The notes below the pieces were generated by a model, which did not search any database, was not told the DNA's origin, and worked only from the letters and a program-made list of their open reading frames with translations. DNA of 64,000 bases, from positions 5,333-69,332 of the forward strand of contig CAZCBX010000001.1 of assembly GCA_964497185.1 (NCBI GenBank), written 5' to 3'. Below are positions 20,032 to 31,148 of this stretch, in pieces; position 1 is the first letter of the stretch; the number at the start of each line of letters is the position of its first letter. The DNA comes from an uncultured Bdellovibrionales bacterium. Lineage in GTDB: Bacteria; Bdellovibrionota_G; JALEGL01; JAGRMV01. The position numbers and the translations under genes are program-made.

Positions 20032-21549
20032 ATGAACATCAGAGCGGAAGAAATTTCACAATTCATACGCAGCCAAGTGCGTGATTACGATACACGCATG
20101 GAAGTTAGCGAAACGGGCACGGTGGTCAGTGTCGGGGACGGCATTGCCCGTATTTACGGCCTTGAAAACGTGATGGCCGGTGAGCTGCTTAAGTTCCCCC
20201 ATGACGTATACGGCATCGCACTCAACCTTGAAGAAAACAATGTGGGTGCCACCCTGCTGGGCAATGATGTGGCCATTCGTGAAGGCGACAGCGTAGAGCG
20301 CACCGGCAACATTGCGGAAGTACCCGTGGGCAAAGAACTTTTGGGCCGCGTGGTCAACGCGCTGGGTATGCCCATTGATGGCAAAGGCGACATCAACGCG
20401 ACCCAAAAAAGCCGAATTGAAGTCAAAGCACCCGGCATTGTGACCCGTAAATCAGTGCATGAACCATTGCAAACAGGTATCAAAGCCATCGATGCCATGG
20501 TTCCCATTGGACGCGGTCAGCGTGAGTTGATCATTGGTGACCGTCAAACGGGTAAAACAGCCGTGGCCCTGGACACCATCATCAACCAAAAAGGGAAAAA
20601 CGTTCATTGTATTTATGTAGCGGTGGGTCAGAAACAATCCACGGTGGCACAAGTGGTGAACAAACTAGAAAAATTTGGCGCCATGGAATACACCACGGTT
20701 GTAGCAGCCAGTGCTTCAGAATCCGCACCCATGCAATTTTTGGCACCCTACACCGGCGCATCCATTGGTGAATATTATCGGGACAATGGCATGCACGCAT
20801 TGATTGTGTATGATGACTTAACCAAGCACGCCGTGGCGTATCGACAACTCTCGCTTTTGCTTCGTCGTCCACCGGGCCGTGAAGCTTATCCGGGCGATGT
20901 GTTTTATGTTCATTCCCGATTGTTGGAACGTGCAGCCAAACTCAACGATGACTTGGGCGGCGGATCACTCACAGCACTGCCCATCATTGAAACCCAAGCG
21001 GGCGATGTATCGGCGTATGTGCCCACCAACGTGATCTCCATCACCGATGGTCAAATTTACCTTGAATCCGATTTGTTTTACTCTGGGGTGCGTCCGGCCA
21101 TCAACGTGGGCTTGTCAGTATCTCGGGTAGGCGGTAGCGCACAAATCAAGGCCATGAAAAAAGTTGCCGGTACCTTGCGTTTGGAATTGGCGCAGTATCG
21201 TGAGCTGGCTGCGTTTGCACAGTTTAGTTCAGACCTGGATGCAGCCACTCAAAAGCAATTGGCGCGAGGTCAACGTTTGGTAGAAGTATTGAAGCAAGGT
21301 CAATACGTACCCTATCCAGTTGAAAACCAAGTGGTGGTCATTTATGCGGCCATCAACGGATACCTGGATGACTATGAAATCTGGGCCATCAAACAGTACG
21401 AAGATGCATTGCTTTCATTTATGCAAGACAAGCATCCTGAAGTATTGCGCTTGATTCGCGAAGAAGAAAAAATGACCGATGAGTTAACGGCCATGTTGAA
21501 AAAAGCATTGGGCGAAATGAAAGAACAATTTCAACCGGTCACCCAATAA
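20032..21549 (+). CDS. atpA: F0F1 ATP synthase subunit alpha
   Basis: Start at MNIRAEEIS preceded by AAGGAG RBS; P-loop [11 protein letters not shown]; about 505 aa. Confidence 0.96.
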   Translation: MNIRAEEISQFIRSQVRDYDTRMEVSETGTVVSVGDGIARIYGLENVMAGELLKFPHDVYGIALNLEENNVGATLLGNDVAIREGDSVERTGNIAEVPVGKELLGRVVNALGMPIDGKGDINATQKSRIEVKAPGIVTRKSVHEPLQTGIKAIDAMVPIGRGQRELIIGDRQTGKTAVALDTIINQKGKNVHCIYVAVGQKQSTVAQVVNKLEKFGAMEYTTVVAASASESAPMQFLAPYTGASIGEYYRDNGMHALIVYDDLTKHAVAYRQLSLLLRRPPGREAYPGDVFYVHSRLLERAAKLNDDLGGGSLTALPIIETQAGDVSAYVPTNVISITDGQIYLESDLFYSGVRPAINVGLSVSRVGGSAQIKAMKKVAGTLRLELAQYRELAAFAQFSSDLDAATQKQLARGQRLVEVLKQGQYVPYPVENQVVVIYAAINGYLDDYEIWAIKQYEDALLSFMQDKHPEVLRLIREEEKMTDELTAMLKKALGEMKEQFQPVTQ

Positions 21550-21552
21550 CCC

Positions 21553-22410
21553 ATGGCGAATTTAAGAGACATACGCAATCGCATCAAAAGCGTAAAATCA
21601 ACGGAGAAAATCACGCGCGCCATGAAAATGGTGGCTGCGGCCAAACTTCGTAAAGCGCAAGATGCCGCCACGGCAAGCACGCCTTATCAAACCAAGATAG
21701 AAGCACTGCTCGCACGTTTGGCAACCAACGCGCAAGAGGACGTTCATCCTTTTTTGGAAAAGCGGGACGTGCAAAAAAAATTGTTGGTGGTTTTTACATC
21801 GGACCGCGGACTTTGCGGCGGGTTTAACAACAACTTGCTTAAAAAAGTTGTGCAGTATCTAAAAGCCCAAACCGTGGAAACCACGGTGCTGGCCATTGGT
21901 AAAAAAGGCATCAGCTTTTTTAGACAGCGCCCTTACCCCACCGACGATCGGGGAACAGGATACTGGGAAGATTTTTCGCACGCCAAAGCCAAAGCACTGA
22001 TGGATCAAATCAGCGATGACTTTTTGGCCGGCCGTGTGGATCAAGTGGACATCTACTTTAACGAGTTTGTAACGGTGATGAGTCAAGTGCCGATGCTCAA
22101 AACACTCTTGCCCATGCAGCCGCCCAAACAACAAGACAGCGGTGCAGATTCAGTGGAGTACACCTTTGAGCCAGACCCGCAAACCATTTTGCAAACACTC
22201 ATTCCGCGCAGCGTGATGGGCACTTGGTACGGCGCCAGTCTCCACTCGTTGGCTGGTGAATTTGGCGCGCGTATGGCAGCCATGGACAGTGCTTCACGCA
22301 ATGCCGGCGAAATGATTGACAGTCTTACGTTAAACATGAACCGCATCCGTCAAGCGGCCATTACCAGCGAATTGGTTGAAATCATTTCGGGTGCAGAGGC
22401 CATTAAATAA
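21553..22410 (+). CDS. atpG: F0F1 ATP synthase subunit gamma
   Basis: 285 aa; MANLRDIRNRIKSVKST N-terminus typical of gamma. Confidence 0.92.
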   Translation: MANLRDIRNRIKSVKSTEKITRAMKMVAAAKLRKAQDAATASTPYQTKIEALLARLATNAQEDVHPFLEKRDVQKKLLVVFTSDRGLCGGFNNNLLKKVVQYLKAQTVETTVLAIGKKGISFFRQRPYPTDDRGTGYWEDFSHAKAKALMDQISDDFLAGRVDQVDIYFNEFVTVMSQVPMLKTLLPMQPPKQQDSGADSVEYTFEPDPQTILQTLIPRSVMGTWYGASLHSLAGEFGARMAAMDSASRNAGEMIDSLTLNMNRIRQAAITSELVEIISGAEAIK

Positions 22411-22413
22411 TGA

Positions 22414-23958
<1,545 letters not shown>

Positions 23959-23963
23959 GCACC

Positions 23964-24359
23964 ATGGCCCAAGGCTTACAGCTAGACATACTGACGCCAT
24001 CGCGCAGCGTGTTTTCAGATACGTGCCAAGACGTGTACGTGCCTACCCAAGCGGGTGAAATTGGCGTGCTGGAAGCCCACGAAAATTTCGTCACGCTGCT
24101 TGGCATGGGACCGGTTCGCATTCAAGGCAGCAAGGCCCCTGCGCTTTGCATTCGGGGTGGCTTTTTGGAAATCATCCAAGACAACGTCACGCTGCTGGCC
24201 GATGAAGTTTGTTTTCAAAAAGAAATCGACCCCGCTGCGCTGGATGCGCAAGAAGCGCAAATCAAAGAAAAGCTAACCGATGCCTCCTTGGATGTTCACA
24301 CCCAACAGCGGTTGCGCGACGATTTGCGTTGGATCGAAACCCAAAGAAATCTTGTATAA
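23964..24359 (+). CDS. atpC: F0F1 ATP synthase subunit epsilon
   Basis: 131 aa; last gene of the F1 cluster. Confidence 0.88.
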   Translation: MAQGLQLDILTPSRSVFSDTCQDVYVPTQAGEIGVLEAHENFVTLLGMGPVRIQGSKAPALCIRGGFLEIIQDNVTLLADEVCFQKEIDPAALDAQEAQIKEKLTDASLDVHTQQRLRDDLRWIETQRNLV

Positions 24360-24365
24360 AATCAT

Positions 24366-24394
24366 GGGGACAGACACCAAAGGTGTCTGTCCCC
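24366..24394. terminator. Perfect 13-bp stem hairpin between convergent atpC and lipoprotein genes (bidirectional terminator candidate)
   Basis: GGGGACAGACACC-aaa-GGTGTCTGTCCCC; T-rich run follows on the minus strand. Confidence 0.5.
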
Positions 24395-24423
24395 AAAATC
24401 GCTGTGGTACCGATGGGGAACGC

Positions 24424-25452
24424 TTAGTTGCGACTACGAACAAAAGCAGCCATGGTAAAGCTGGGCTCATGTTCTTGACGCTCGCGCCCCGCGCCATAAA
24501 TGGTCATGATGCCTTGACCCATGGTGGGGGTGCCGTTGTGGTACTGGCTGTAGTTGACCATAAAGTCCACCAACGTGACCCCAAAAATGCTCATGGTGCT
24601 GGGTTGTGGCATGACATAAGGCGCCCAGCCCGTTTGTGAAAAATCAACCTGCTCACTTAACTCGGTGGGCAATTGGAACGCTGCCGTTTGAGGGCGTTTC
24701 CACACAAGGTTCATTTCATCTTCAATGGCATCGGTAAATGGAATGACATCGTAAACGGTGCCACCCACATTGATGGTGCTGTCTTTCCAAGGCTCCACTT
24801 TGACAGAAATTTTACCCCGTCGGCTGGGTGAACAATGCACATTGTCCGACACGGGTTGACCAATGTATACGCGTTCGTGCGGATGGGTTAAACGGGTTTT
24901 GTATTTACCCCGCGTGGCCAGTTTTTGGGTGCGCAACGTCGAACCCTGAAAGGCAATGTTGCTTTCACCGCGGTCGTAACAACCACTGACGGTCACCAAC
25001 ACCACTTTGGACGGTTGGGGAATCATAATGGGATCGGAAGCTGCAATGGTATCAAACGCATCAAATATCCCTTCAAAAATATCGCACTGCTCGTTGCAGG
25101 CAGTTTGAGCGGCAGGACACGAATTAACTGCATCAAAGGGATCGATGCATCCTTCATCAATTAAACAACTGCCCATGCACGTGTCATACAAAGTGGTGGC
25201 TTCCAGCTCGGTGGAAGGCACAGAATCCACAATGTTGTCATCTTCAAAATCCAAATAACAATCCAGCGTGCCATCATCACATACTTTGATGCAGTCTTCG
25301 CATTCATTTTCAATGAAGGTCGTGGTTGTCGTTGACGAACCATCGGTTTCAGCCGGCATGGGAACCTGCTGACACGCGGCCAGTGCAAAAAATAGGGGCA
25401 TTAGGGCCCAGGTTAAAAAAGATGGTTGGGTGTGTTTTTTCATCATAGTCAT
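24424..25452 (-). CDS. Cysteine-rich secreted lipoprotein, function unknown
   Basis: Signal peptide with lipobox (FALAAC); about 20 Cys in the mature part. Confidence 0.5.
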   Translation of the reverse strand: MTMMKKHTQPSFLTWALMPLFFALAACQQVPMPAETDGSSTTTTTFIENECEDCIKVCDDGTLDCYLDFEDDNIVDSVPSTELEATTLYDTCMGSCLIDEGCIDPFDAVNSCPAAQTACNEQCDIFEGIFDAFDTIAASDPIMIPQPSKVVLVTVSGCYDRGESNIAFQGSTLRTQKLATRGKYKTRLTHPHERVYIGQPVSDNVHCSPSRRGKISVKVEPWKDSTINVGGTVYDVIPFTDAIEDEMNLVWKRPQTAAFQLPTELSEQVDFSQTGWAPYVMPQPSTMSIFGVTLVDFMVNYSQYHNGTPTMGQGIMTIYGAGRERQEHEPSFTMAAFVRSRN

Positions 25453-25611
25453 ATCCTCACCCCTATACCTATCAAGTTTTATGCCAAGATTATGTCATCT
25501 AACCCATGAATTTTACTGGATAAAAAGAAACACCCGTTGTGCAATATATCAGCAACGGGTGTTTGGCATGGGACAAGTATCTCCGCTACCATGCGAAAAT
25601 GCATGGTTTGG

Positions 25612-26064
25612 CTACTTGCTTTTAATGGCAATGCGCGTTTGTTTGGGGGCAGCCGATTTGTGCAATTGGATGGTCAGCACCCCTTTTTCAAAGGTGGCAT
25701 CCACTTTGTCCGGATCGACATCGCTGGGCAAGGCCACGCTGCGGTGAAAACTGCCATAAGCACGTTCCACACGAAGATGGGTTTCGCCTTCTTCTTTGGT
25801 CTCAAGCTTTTTTTCGCCTTTGATGTGCAGCTGTCCATCTTTTAATGACAAATCAATGTCTTTCTCATCCATGCCAGGCAGTTCAGAGATGATGGTATAA
25901 AGTTTGTCGGTTTCTTTGACGTCCATGGCGGGCAAAAAGTCGGGCTGATCCTGTGGGTTGAATCGCTGTGGAAAATCCTCAAAAAGGCGATTCATCTCAT
26001 TCCAAATGGACATAGGATGATCATTTCGACTGGCCCGAAATGGACTAAGGGTAAATTTTGTCAT
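25612..26064 (-). CDS. Hsp20/alpha-crystallin family small heat-shock protein
   Basis: Alpha-crystallin domain; start adjusted to MTKFTLSPF; about 150 aa. Confidence 0.85.
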   Translation of the reverse strand: MTKFTLSPFRASRNDHPMSIWNEMNRLFEDFPQRFNPQDQPDFLPAMDVKETDKLYTIISELPGMDEKDIDLSLKDGQLHIKGEKKLETKEEGETHLRVERAYGSFHRSVALPSDVDPDKVDATFEKGVLTIQLHKSAAPKQTRIAIKSK

Positions 26065-26339
26065 GGCGCAATCTCCTTTCATTTGTTTTGTTGGTTGCGG
26101 GGCATGATATTTTTTCTACAACCTCAATGTAAACACCACCTTGAGCCTGTCAATGGCGTGCACTGAAGGCTTATACAAATTGTTTTAAGGTAAAAAACCA
26201 CCGTTTAAAAAAATTGGTCGGGTGCGTACCGTCTGCTACGGATTCATGTTTGTAAAAAGAAAGAATCTTAAACGCGCAGGGCCACATTTATCCATGAAAA
26301 AAATGGTCACTTGCCTAAATCTATGAAAAAAATAAAGTT

Positions 26340-27320
26340 ATGAGCAAAACCTCGGCCCAGCACATCATTGACATCGCAGGTTTGTCTGTTTATCCCGGCG
26401 AAAACAAGCGAATCGAGATTCCCGTCGCACGCTTGCCCACGCAAACGTGGGTTTCGGTACCGGTGCAAGTCATTCACGGCGCACACCCTGGCCCTACGTT
26501 GGCCTTGATTTCAGGCATCCATGGTGACGAGATCAATGGCATGGAAGTCATACGCGAACTGCTGCCCAAAATTGACGCCCAAAAACTCCATGGCACGCTG
26601 CTATTGGTGCCGGTGGTCAATGTGTTTGGCTTTTTGAATGGGTCGCGTTATTTGCCCGACCGCCGAGATTTAAATCGTTGTTTTCCCGGCAGCGACGGGG
26701 GCTCCATGGCATCGCGCTTGGCGCATTTGTTTACGCAAGAAATTATCAAAAAGGCTGACTACGCCATCGATTTTCATACTGCAGCGACAGGACGCATCAA
26801 CGAGCCGCAAATTCGCGCCAACATCAAAAGCAAAAAAATTGTATCGTTTGTAAACATGTTTGGCCAAGTTCCCGTTGTGCATTCCAGTGAAATTGATGGC
26901 TCGCTGCGTGCCACCGCGCGAAAACATCGCTGCACCATGATGGTGTTTGAGGGGGGCGAAGCCAACCGCTTTAACAACCAAGTGATTCAAGAAGCGCTGG
27001 AAGGTACGGTGCATGTATTGAAAAAACTAAACATGATCAAAGTGCCGGGCCGTTGGGGCAAACGGAAAAATAATACCATTTGTAAAAAATCCAAATGGCT
27101 TCGCGCTTCCAGAAGCGGTTTGTTTCGTTTATTTCCAAACTTGGGTGATGCTGTGAAAGCCAAACAGAAAATTGGTGTGATCTCAAACATTTTTGGCGAT
27201 CCCATTCGCAGCGTAAAAGCGCCCTTTGATGGGCTCATCATTGGTGTATCCACAGACCCTAAAGTGAATCAAGGTGACGGTATGATTCATCTCGCTCAGC
27301 TGGAAGCCGATCGCGTTTAA
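26340..27320 (+). CDS. Succinylglutamate desuccinylase/aspartoacylase (AstE/AspA) family zinc hydrolase
   Basis: 326 aa; HGDEINGMEV zinc-binding motif typical of the family. Confidence 0.7.
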   Translation: MSKTSAQHIIDIAGLSVYPGENKRIEIPVARLPTQTWVSVPVQVIHGAHPGPTLALISGIHGDEINGMEVIRELLPKIDAQKLHGTLLLVPVVNVFGFLNGSRYLPDRRDLNRCFPGSDGGSMASRLAHLFTQEIIKKADYAIDFHTAATGRINEPQIRANIKSKKIVSFVNMFGQVPVVHSSEIDGSLRATARKHRCTMMVFEGGEANRFNNQVIQEALEGTVHVLKKLNMIKVPGRWGKRKNNTICKKSKWLRASRSGLFRLFPNLGDAVKAKQKIGVISNIFGDPIRSVKAPFDGLIIGVSTDPKVNQGDGMIHLAQLEADRV

Positions 27321-28632
27321 GCAAATGCACAATGCGAAAACAGTGCAGCAAGCTGGCTGCAAACAAAGCCAGGGTTAAACCATACCAAACGCCCCGATAA
27401 TGCAAGGGGGTGTAAATGCCCAAGACCAACGAAACCGGCGCACCCACAAGCCAAAACGCCAGCATAATATTGATAAAGGGAATCAGCGTATCTTTTAAGC
27501 CACGGCATATGTTCATACCCAGCGATTGCAGTCCATCCACAATTTGAAACACCCCGGCCATCATCACCAATTGAACGCCGATGGTCACCACATCCGGATC
27601 CGACGTGTACAGGCCCACGAGGGCAGCAGGCATGGATAAAAACACCACCATAAAACAGGTCATGCTGACGCAAACCATTTGAAAGCCCGTGATAATGTAC
27701 AACCGTACCGCACCTCGATCTTGTTTGGCCGCGGCTTCTGAAACCAAAATGGACACCGCCTGCGCCGTGCCGAAGGCCACCATAAAGGTTAACGAAATGA
27801 TGTTTAACGTCACCTGATGTGCGGCCAGCTCCATGGTGCCCAATCGACCCATCAGCAGTGCCGTAAAAAGAAAAAAACCAATTTCGGCCATGATCATTCC
27901 CGCCAAGGGAAGGCCCAGCGCAATCATGTGTCGAAAAATTTGGGGACGGAACCGGCCCAACCCGCGGAAAAAATGATAACTTTGATAGGCCGGCTGTCGA
28001 TACACATACACCCACGCCACAATGGCCATGATCCAGCCCACCAGAGAGGTGGCCAGTCCCGAACCTGGCAGGCCCATGGCCGGAAAAAAACCAGGGCCAT
28101 AAATAAAGCCATAGTTGAGCACAACATTCAAGCCAAGGCCAAACACCATGATCCACATGGCCGGCTTAGGGTGCTGCAAGGCCTCAGTGCTGTAGCGCAT
28201 GACCAAAAACAACAAATGGCCCAACACCCCAAACGAAAAATAAAAAAGATACGCGCGTGTATCGGCGATGAGGCTCGGATCTTGTCCTGCCATGCGCAAA
28301 AGCCACGGCGATAGATAAAACATCAGCCACGCCAACAAGGTGACACCCAGGGCAATCCAAAGGGCATGTTGCACCAGAAGTCGAATACGGATTTTTTTGT
28401 TTTGCGAAAGGGCATCATTGAGCAGCGGTGATAAAGCCGAAAACAAACCGATGGCAAAAATTACCACCAACACCCAAAGCAGATGGGCCAAGGTCATGGA
28501 GGCCAGTGCTTGGGGTCCCAGGCGGCCAACCATCAGCGTATCGATGGTGGTCATGAGACTGGAGGCCAACTGGTTTAGCACGATGGGCCAGGCTAGGGTT
28601 TTTATTTTTTTTACGGTTTGGATGGAAAGCAT
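27259..28632 (-). CDS. MATE family multidrug/metabolite efflux transporter
   Basis: 457 aa, about 12 TM segments, MATE-like N-terminus; 3' end overlaps the convergent AstE/AspA gene by 62 nt. Confidence 0.8.
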   Translation of the reverse strand: MLSIQTVKKIKTLAWPIVLNQLASSLMTTIDTLMVGRLGPQALASMTLAHLLWVLVVIFAIGLFSALSPLLNDALSQNKKIRIRLLVQHALWIALGVTLLAWLMFYLSPWLLRMAGQDPSLIADTRAYLFYFSFGVLGHLLFLVMRYSTEALQHPKPAMWIMVFGLGLNVVLNYGFIYGPGFFPAMGLPGSGLATSLVGWIMAIVAWVYVYRQPAYQSYHFFRGLGRFRPQIFRHMIALGLPLAGMIMAEIGFFLFTALLMGRLGTMELAAHQVTLNIISLTFMVAFGTAQAVSILVSEAAAKQDRGAVRLYIITGFQMVCVSMTCFMVVFLSMPAALVGLYTSDPDVVTIGVQLVMMAGVFQIVDGLQSLGMNICRGLKDTLIPFINIMLAFWLVGAPVSLVLGIYTPLHYRGVWYGLTLALFAASLLHCFRIVHLLKRDRLPAERDESYRHLDSL

Positions 28633-28799
28633 GGGTGTTGGTAGTGTTATAGATATGTAGCGTTGTATTGGGAAATTTTTTTTCTTTTTTTAATGAAGAT
28701 TTGTGGGACTTGGGGCAAGCCCAAAGCTCCCCTGTGCATTTGGATGGGTGGGGGTTTGAAAGCGGATGCAGTCAAACGCTTTTGGGCGTTTGGTCTTTT

Positions 28800-29372
28800 T
28801 TAGGTTTTCTTTTTTTTGGCGACGGGTTTGATTTTGACTTTGCCGTTTTCGGTTTCGATTTTGAAGGAGATGTCGTGGCCTTTGTGTTTTTGTTCGATGG
28901 CGCGTCTTTTTTGGGTAAGCTGGGCTTGAAATTTTTTATAGGAAACGTTATCCAGCTTTTGTTTCAAACCATCTTTGGCTTCTTGATACTGGTGGTAAAG
29001 GTCAAACATGCTGTCGGTGGCGGTGCCCATTTCGCCGTGCTCGTGGGCTTTTAAATTCAGATTGGCGCGAAACACATCGCGCTCATAAGTGCCTTCTTCT
29101 ATTTTTCGCAAGGTCCGGTCCCAATAGGTGCAGTAGGTGTTGTAACGCGCGACGCTTTGCTGAAACCGAAATTTAAGCCGCGCATTTTGAATGGGCACAC
29201 CGTGATGCTGCCGAATGATGCGATTGACGCGCTCACGGCGGGGTTCCGGATTTTCTTTGATCAGACCCATAAAATATTGCTCGTACATGACGCGCAGTCG
29301 TTCAATTTCTTTGACCAAAAAATCCACATCTTGGTCCATGCCTTCGGTGTCTTGAAATCGGGTTAATGCCAT
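28800..29372 (-). CDS. Hypothetical charged cytoplasmic protein
   Basis: 190 aa ORF with good coding periodicity; no recognisable motif. Confidence 0.4.
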   Translation of the reverse strand: MALTRFQDTEGMDQDVDFLVKEIERLRVMYEQYFMGLIKENPEPRRERVNRIIRQHHGVPIQNARLKFRFQQSVARYNTYCTYWDRTLRKIEEGTYERDVFRANLNLKAHEHGEMGTATDSMFDLYHQYQEAKDGLKQKLDNVSYKKFQAQLTQKRRAIEQKHKGHDISFKIETENGKVKIKPVAKKKKT

Positions 29373-29402
29373 AAGTAATGGTTTGATTATATCATAAATG
29401 GC

Positions 29403-31148
29403 TCAGCGATTCATGGGCGTGCTCAACCGTGTGCCCGGATAGTAAGCTTGCAAAATCTGCCAATAGTTCTGGCCGCGCTCTGCTCGCCCAATGGCGCCCA
29501 CCTGGCTTAAGCCCACGCCGTGTCCCTGGCCCCGACCAAAAATATGCAGGCTGGTGATGCGGTTGCCTTGTTTTTTGATGTCAAACACCATCATGGACGA
29601 GGGCAAATTGCCCAGCGCACGACGGATGGCCAATTCAGAATAAAGGACCTTGCGCTGGGTGCCCGCATAAAACGCCATTTTGGTCACCCGACCCGACACC
29701 CCTCGGCTTAACACTTCAATGCGGTCGATGGGTGTGGCCAACCCCCATTGTTTGGCCAGCCTCGAAAGCGCCGGTTTTGAAACGGTGCGCTGCCAAAATT
29801 GGCCAGGGCCGCCCATGGACGAAGCGCTGCAATAGGTGGGTGCCTTTTGCAAAATATGCAATCGAAGCTGCGCTTCATCTTGAAGGTTGGTGGGAGCAGA
29901 CAGGCCCAAAAAATCAGAAGTGCCATGCAAATAGGATTTGGCCACGCCACCAAACGCGTATCGATTGGTTTCGGTTCGCCCACCCGAGCTGGCGTGATAA
30001 AAAGTTTGGGCAAAGTCGCCCTGTGGTTCGCGAAGCACCATGTTTTGGGTTTGAACCACAGCCTTGCGCACGTTGGGAAAAAATTGTTTTTGCCCATGGT
30101 AGGCTTGACAAGCCGTGGTGATGCACATTTGAAAAGGCTCCAAAGGTTTGGTTGTACTTCGATGATCCAACGCCGACGCGCTGGACTGCGCATACACATA
30201 AGTGCGCGCAATGATGGCTTGCGTTTTGAGTGCCTGCAAGGGCGCACTTGGATAGGTTTCTTCGGGGATCAAACTTTCAAGGTACTGTTGCATATCAATG
30301 GACTGCACCACCGAAAGTTGCTGTTGCATGTTGGGTAACACATACACGCTTTGGGTCAGTGGAATGTCTTGAGGGTTGCCACCCAACAGTTCGGTGGGTA
30401 CGTTTTCAATGATCACCGTGCGCTGGGGTGCGGGCACAATTTCAACCAAACCGGTAAAGCTTTTTTCATAATTGCCCTGCACCGACCTGAGCGTGGCGCT
30501 GCCCAGCATGGGCAATTCAATGCGTGCAATCACATGGCATTTGTTCTTGTATTGCGCGGTGACTTTTTTGCAGTAGTTTTCTGCTTCCTGTTCAGACTCC
30601 ATAAAATCCAATGCAAGAAAATGACGGTACAAAAGTTGATCGTAGGCTTTCCACGCATCCATTTTGGGTGGCCCCACCCAACCAGCACGCACAAAACCGC
30701 GTGTGATCCAAGGGCGTACGGCTTCAAACGAAGGCTTTTGTCGCGCAGGCATGAGCGTGTCCTGAACTGTTGGGTAATACCGCACAATGGCCGGTCGGAC
30801 CACGGCATCAAACGCAATTTTCCATTGAACACGGGCCGGAGAATAAACATCCCAGGTGCGGTGTTCTTCAAACACGCGAATTTTAAAATCATGATCGGAG
30901 CGGACCGACACTTCCTGCGCGCTGGGAACAATGCCCAGTTGAATATGCGCTTTGTCGTCGGCAGGCAGCGCCCAGAAACTTCGATTGAGGTGTCGGGATA
31001 TCCAACCGCCCTGCGCCAGGGGTTTGTTTTCAATGGTGACCACCGGTTTTTCCACAATGGGCGCCACAGTACTGGGCGTCATCTCGCAACCAGCCAGCGT
31101 AAGGGTGACCAAACATGTGGCCACAATATGCAACCCAAGACAGCGCAT
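29403..31148 (-). CDS. SpoIID/LytB-domain lipoprotein (peptidoglycan remodelling / amidase enhancer)
   Basis: Lipobox LTLAGC; C-terminal SpoIID signature GHGVGLSQVGA; adjacent to PBP1A. Confidence 0.7.
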   Translation of the reverse strand: MRCLGLHIVATCLVTLTLAGCEMTPSTVAPIVEKPVVTIENKPLAQGGWISRHLNRSFWALPADDKAHIQLGIVPSAQEVSVRSDHDFKIRVFEEHRTWDVYSPARVQWKIAFDAVVRPAIVRYYPTVQDTLMPARQKPSFEAVRPWITRGFVRAGWVGPPKMDAWKAYDQLLYRHFLALDFMESEQEAENYCKKVTAQYKNKCHVIARIELPMLGSATLRSVQGNYEKSFTGLVEIVPAPQRTVIIENVPTELLGGNPQDIPLTQSVYVLPNMQQQLSVVQSIDMQQYLESLIPEETYPSAPLQALKTQAIIARTYVYAQSSASALDHRSTTKPLEPFQMCITTACQAYHGQKQFFPNVRKAVVQTQNMVLREPQGDFAQTFYHASSGGRTETNRYAFGGVAKSYLHGTSDFLGLSAPTNLQDEAQLRLHILQKAPTYCSASSMGGPGQFWQRTVSKPALSRLAKQWGLATPIDRIEVLSRGVSGRVTKMAFYAGTQRKVLYSELAIRRALGNLPSSMMVFDIKKQGNRITSLHIFGRGQGHGVGLSQVGAIGRAERGQNYWQILQAYYPGTRLSTPMNR

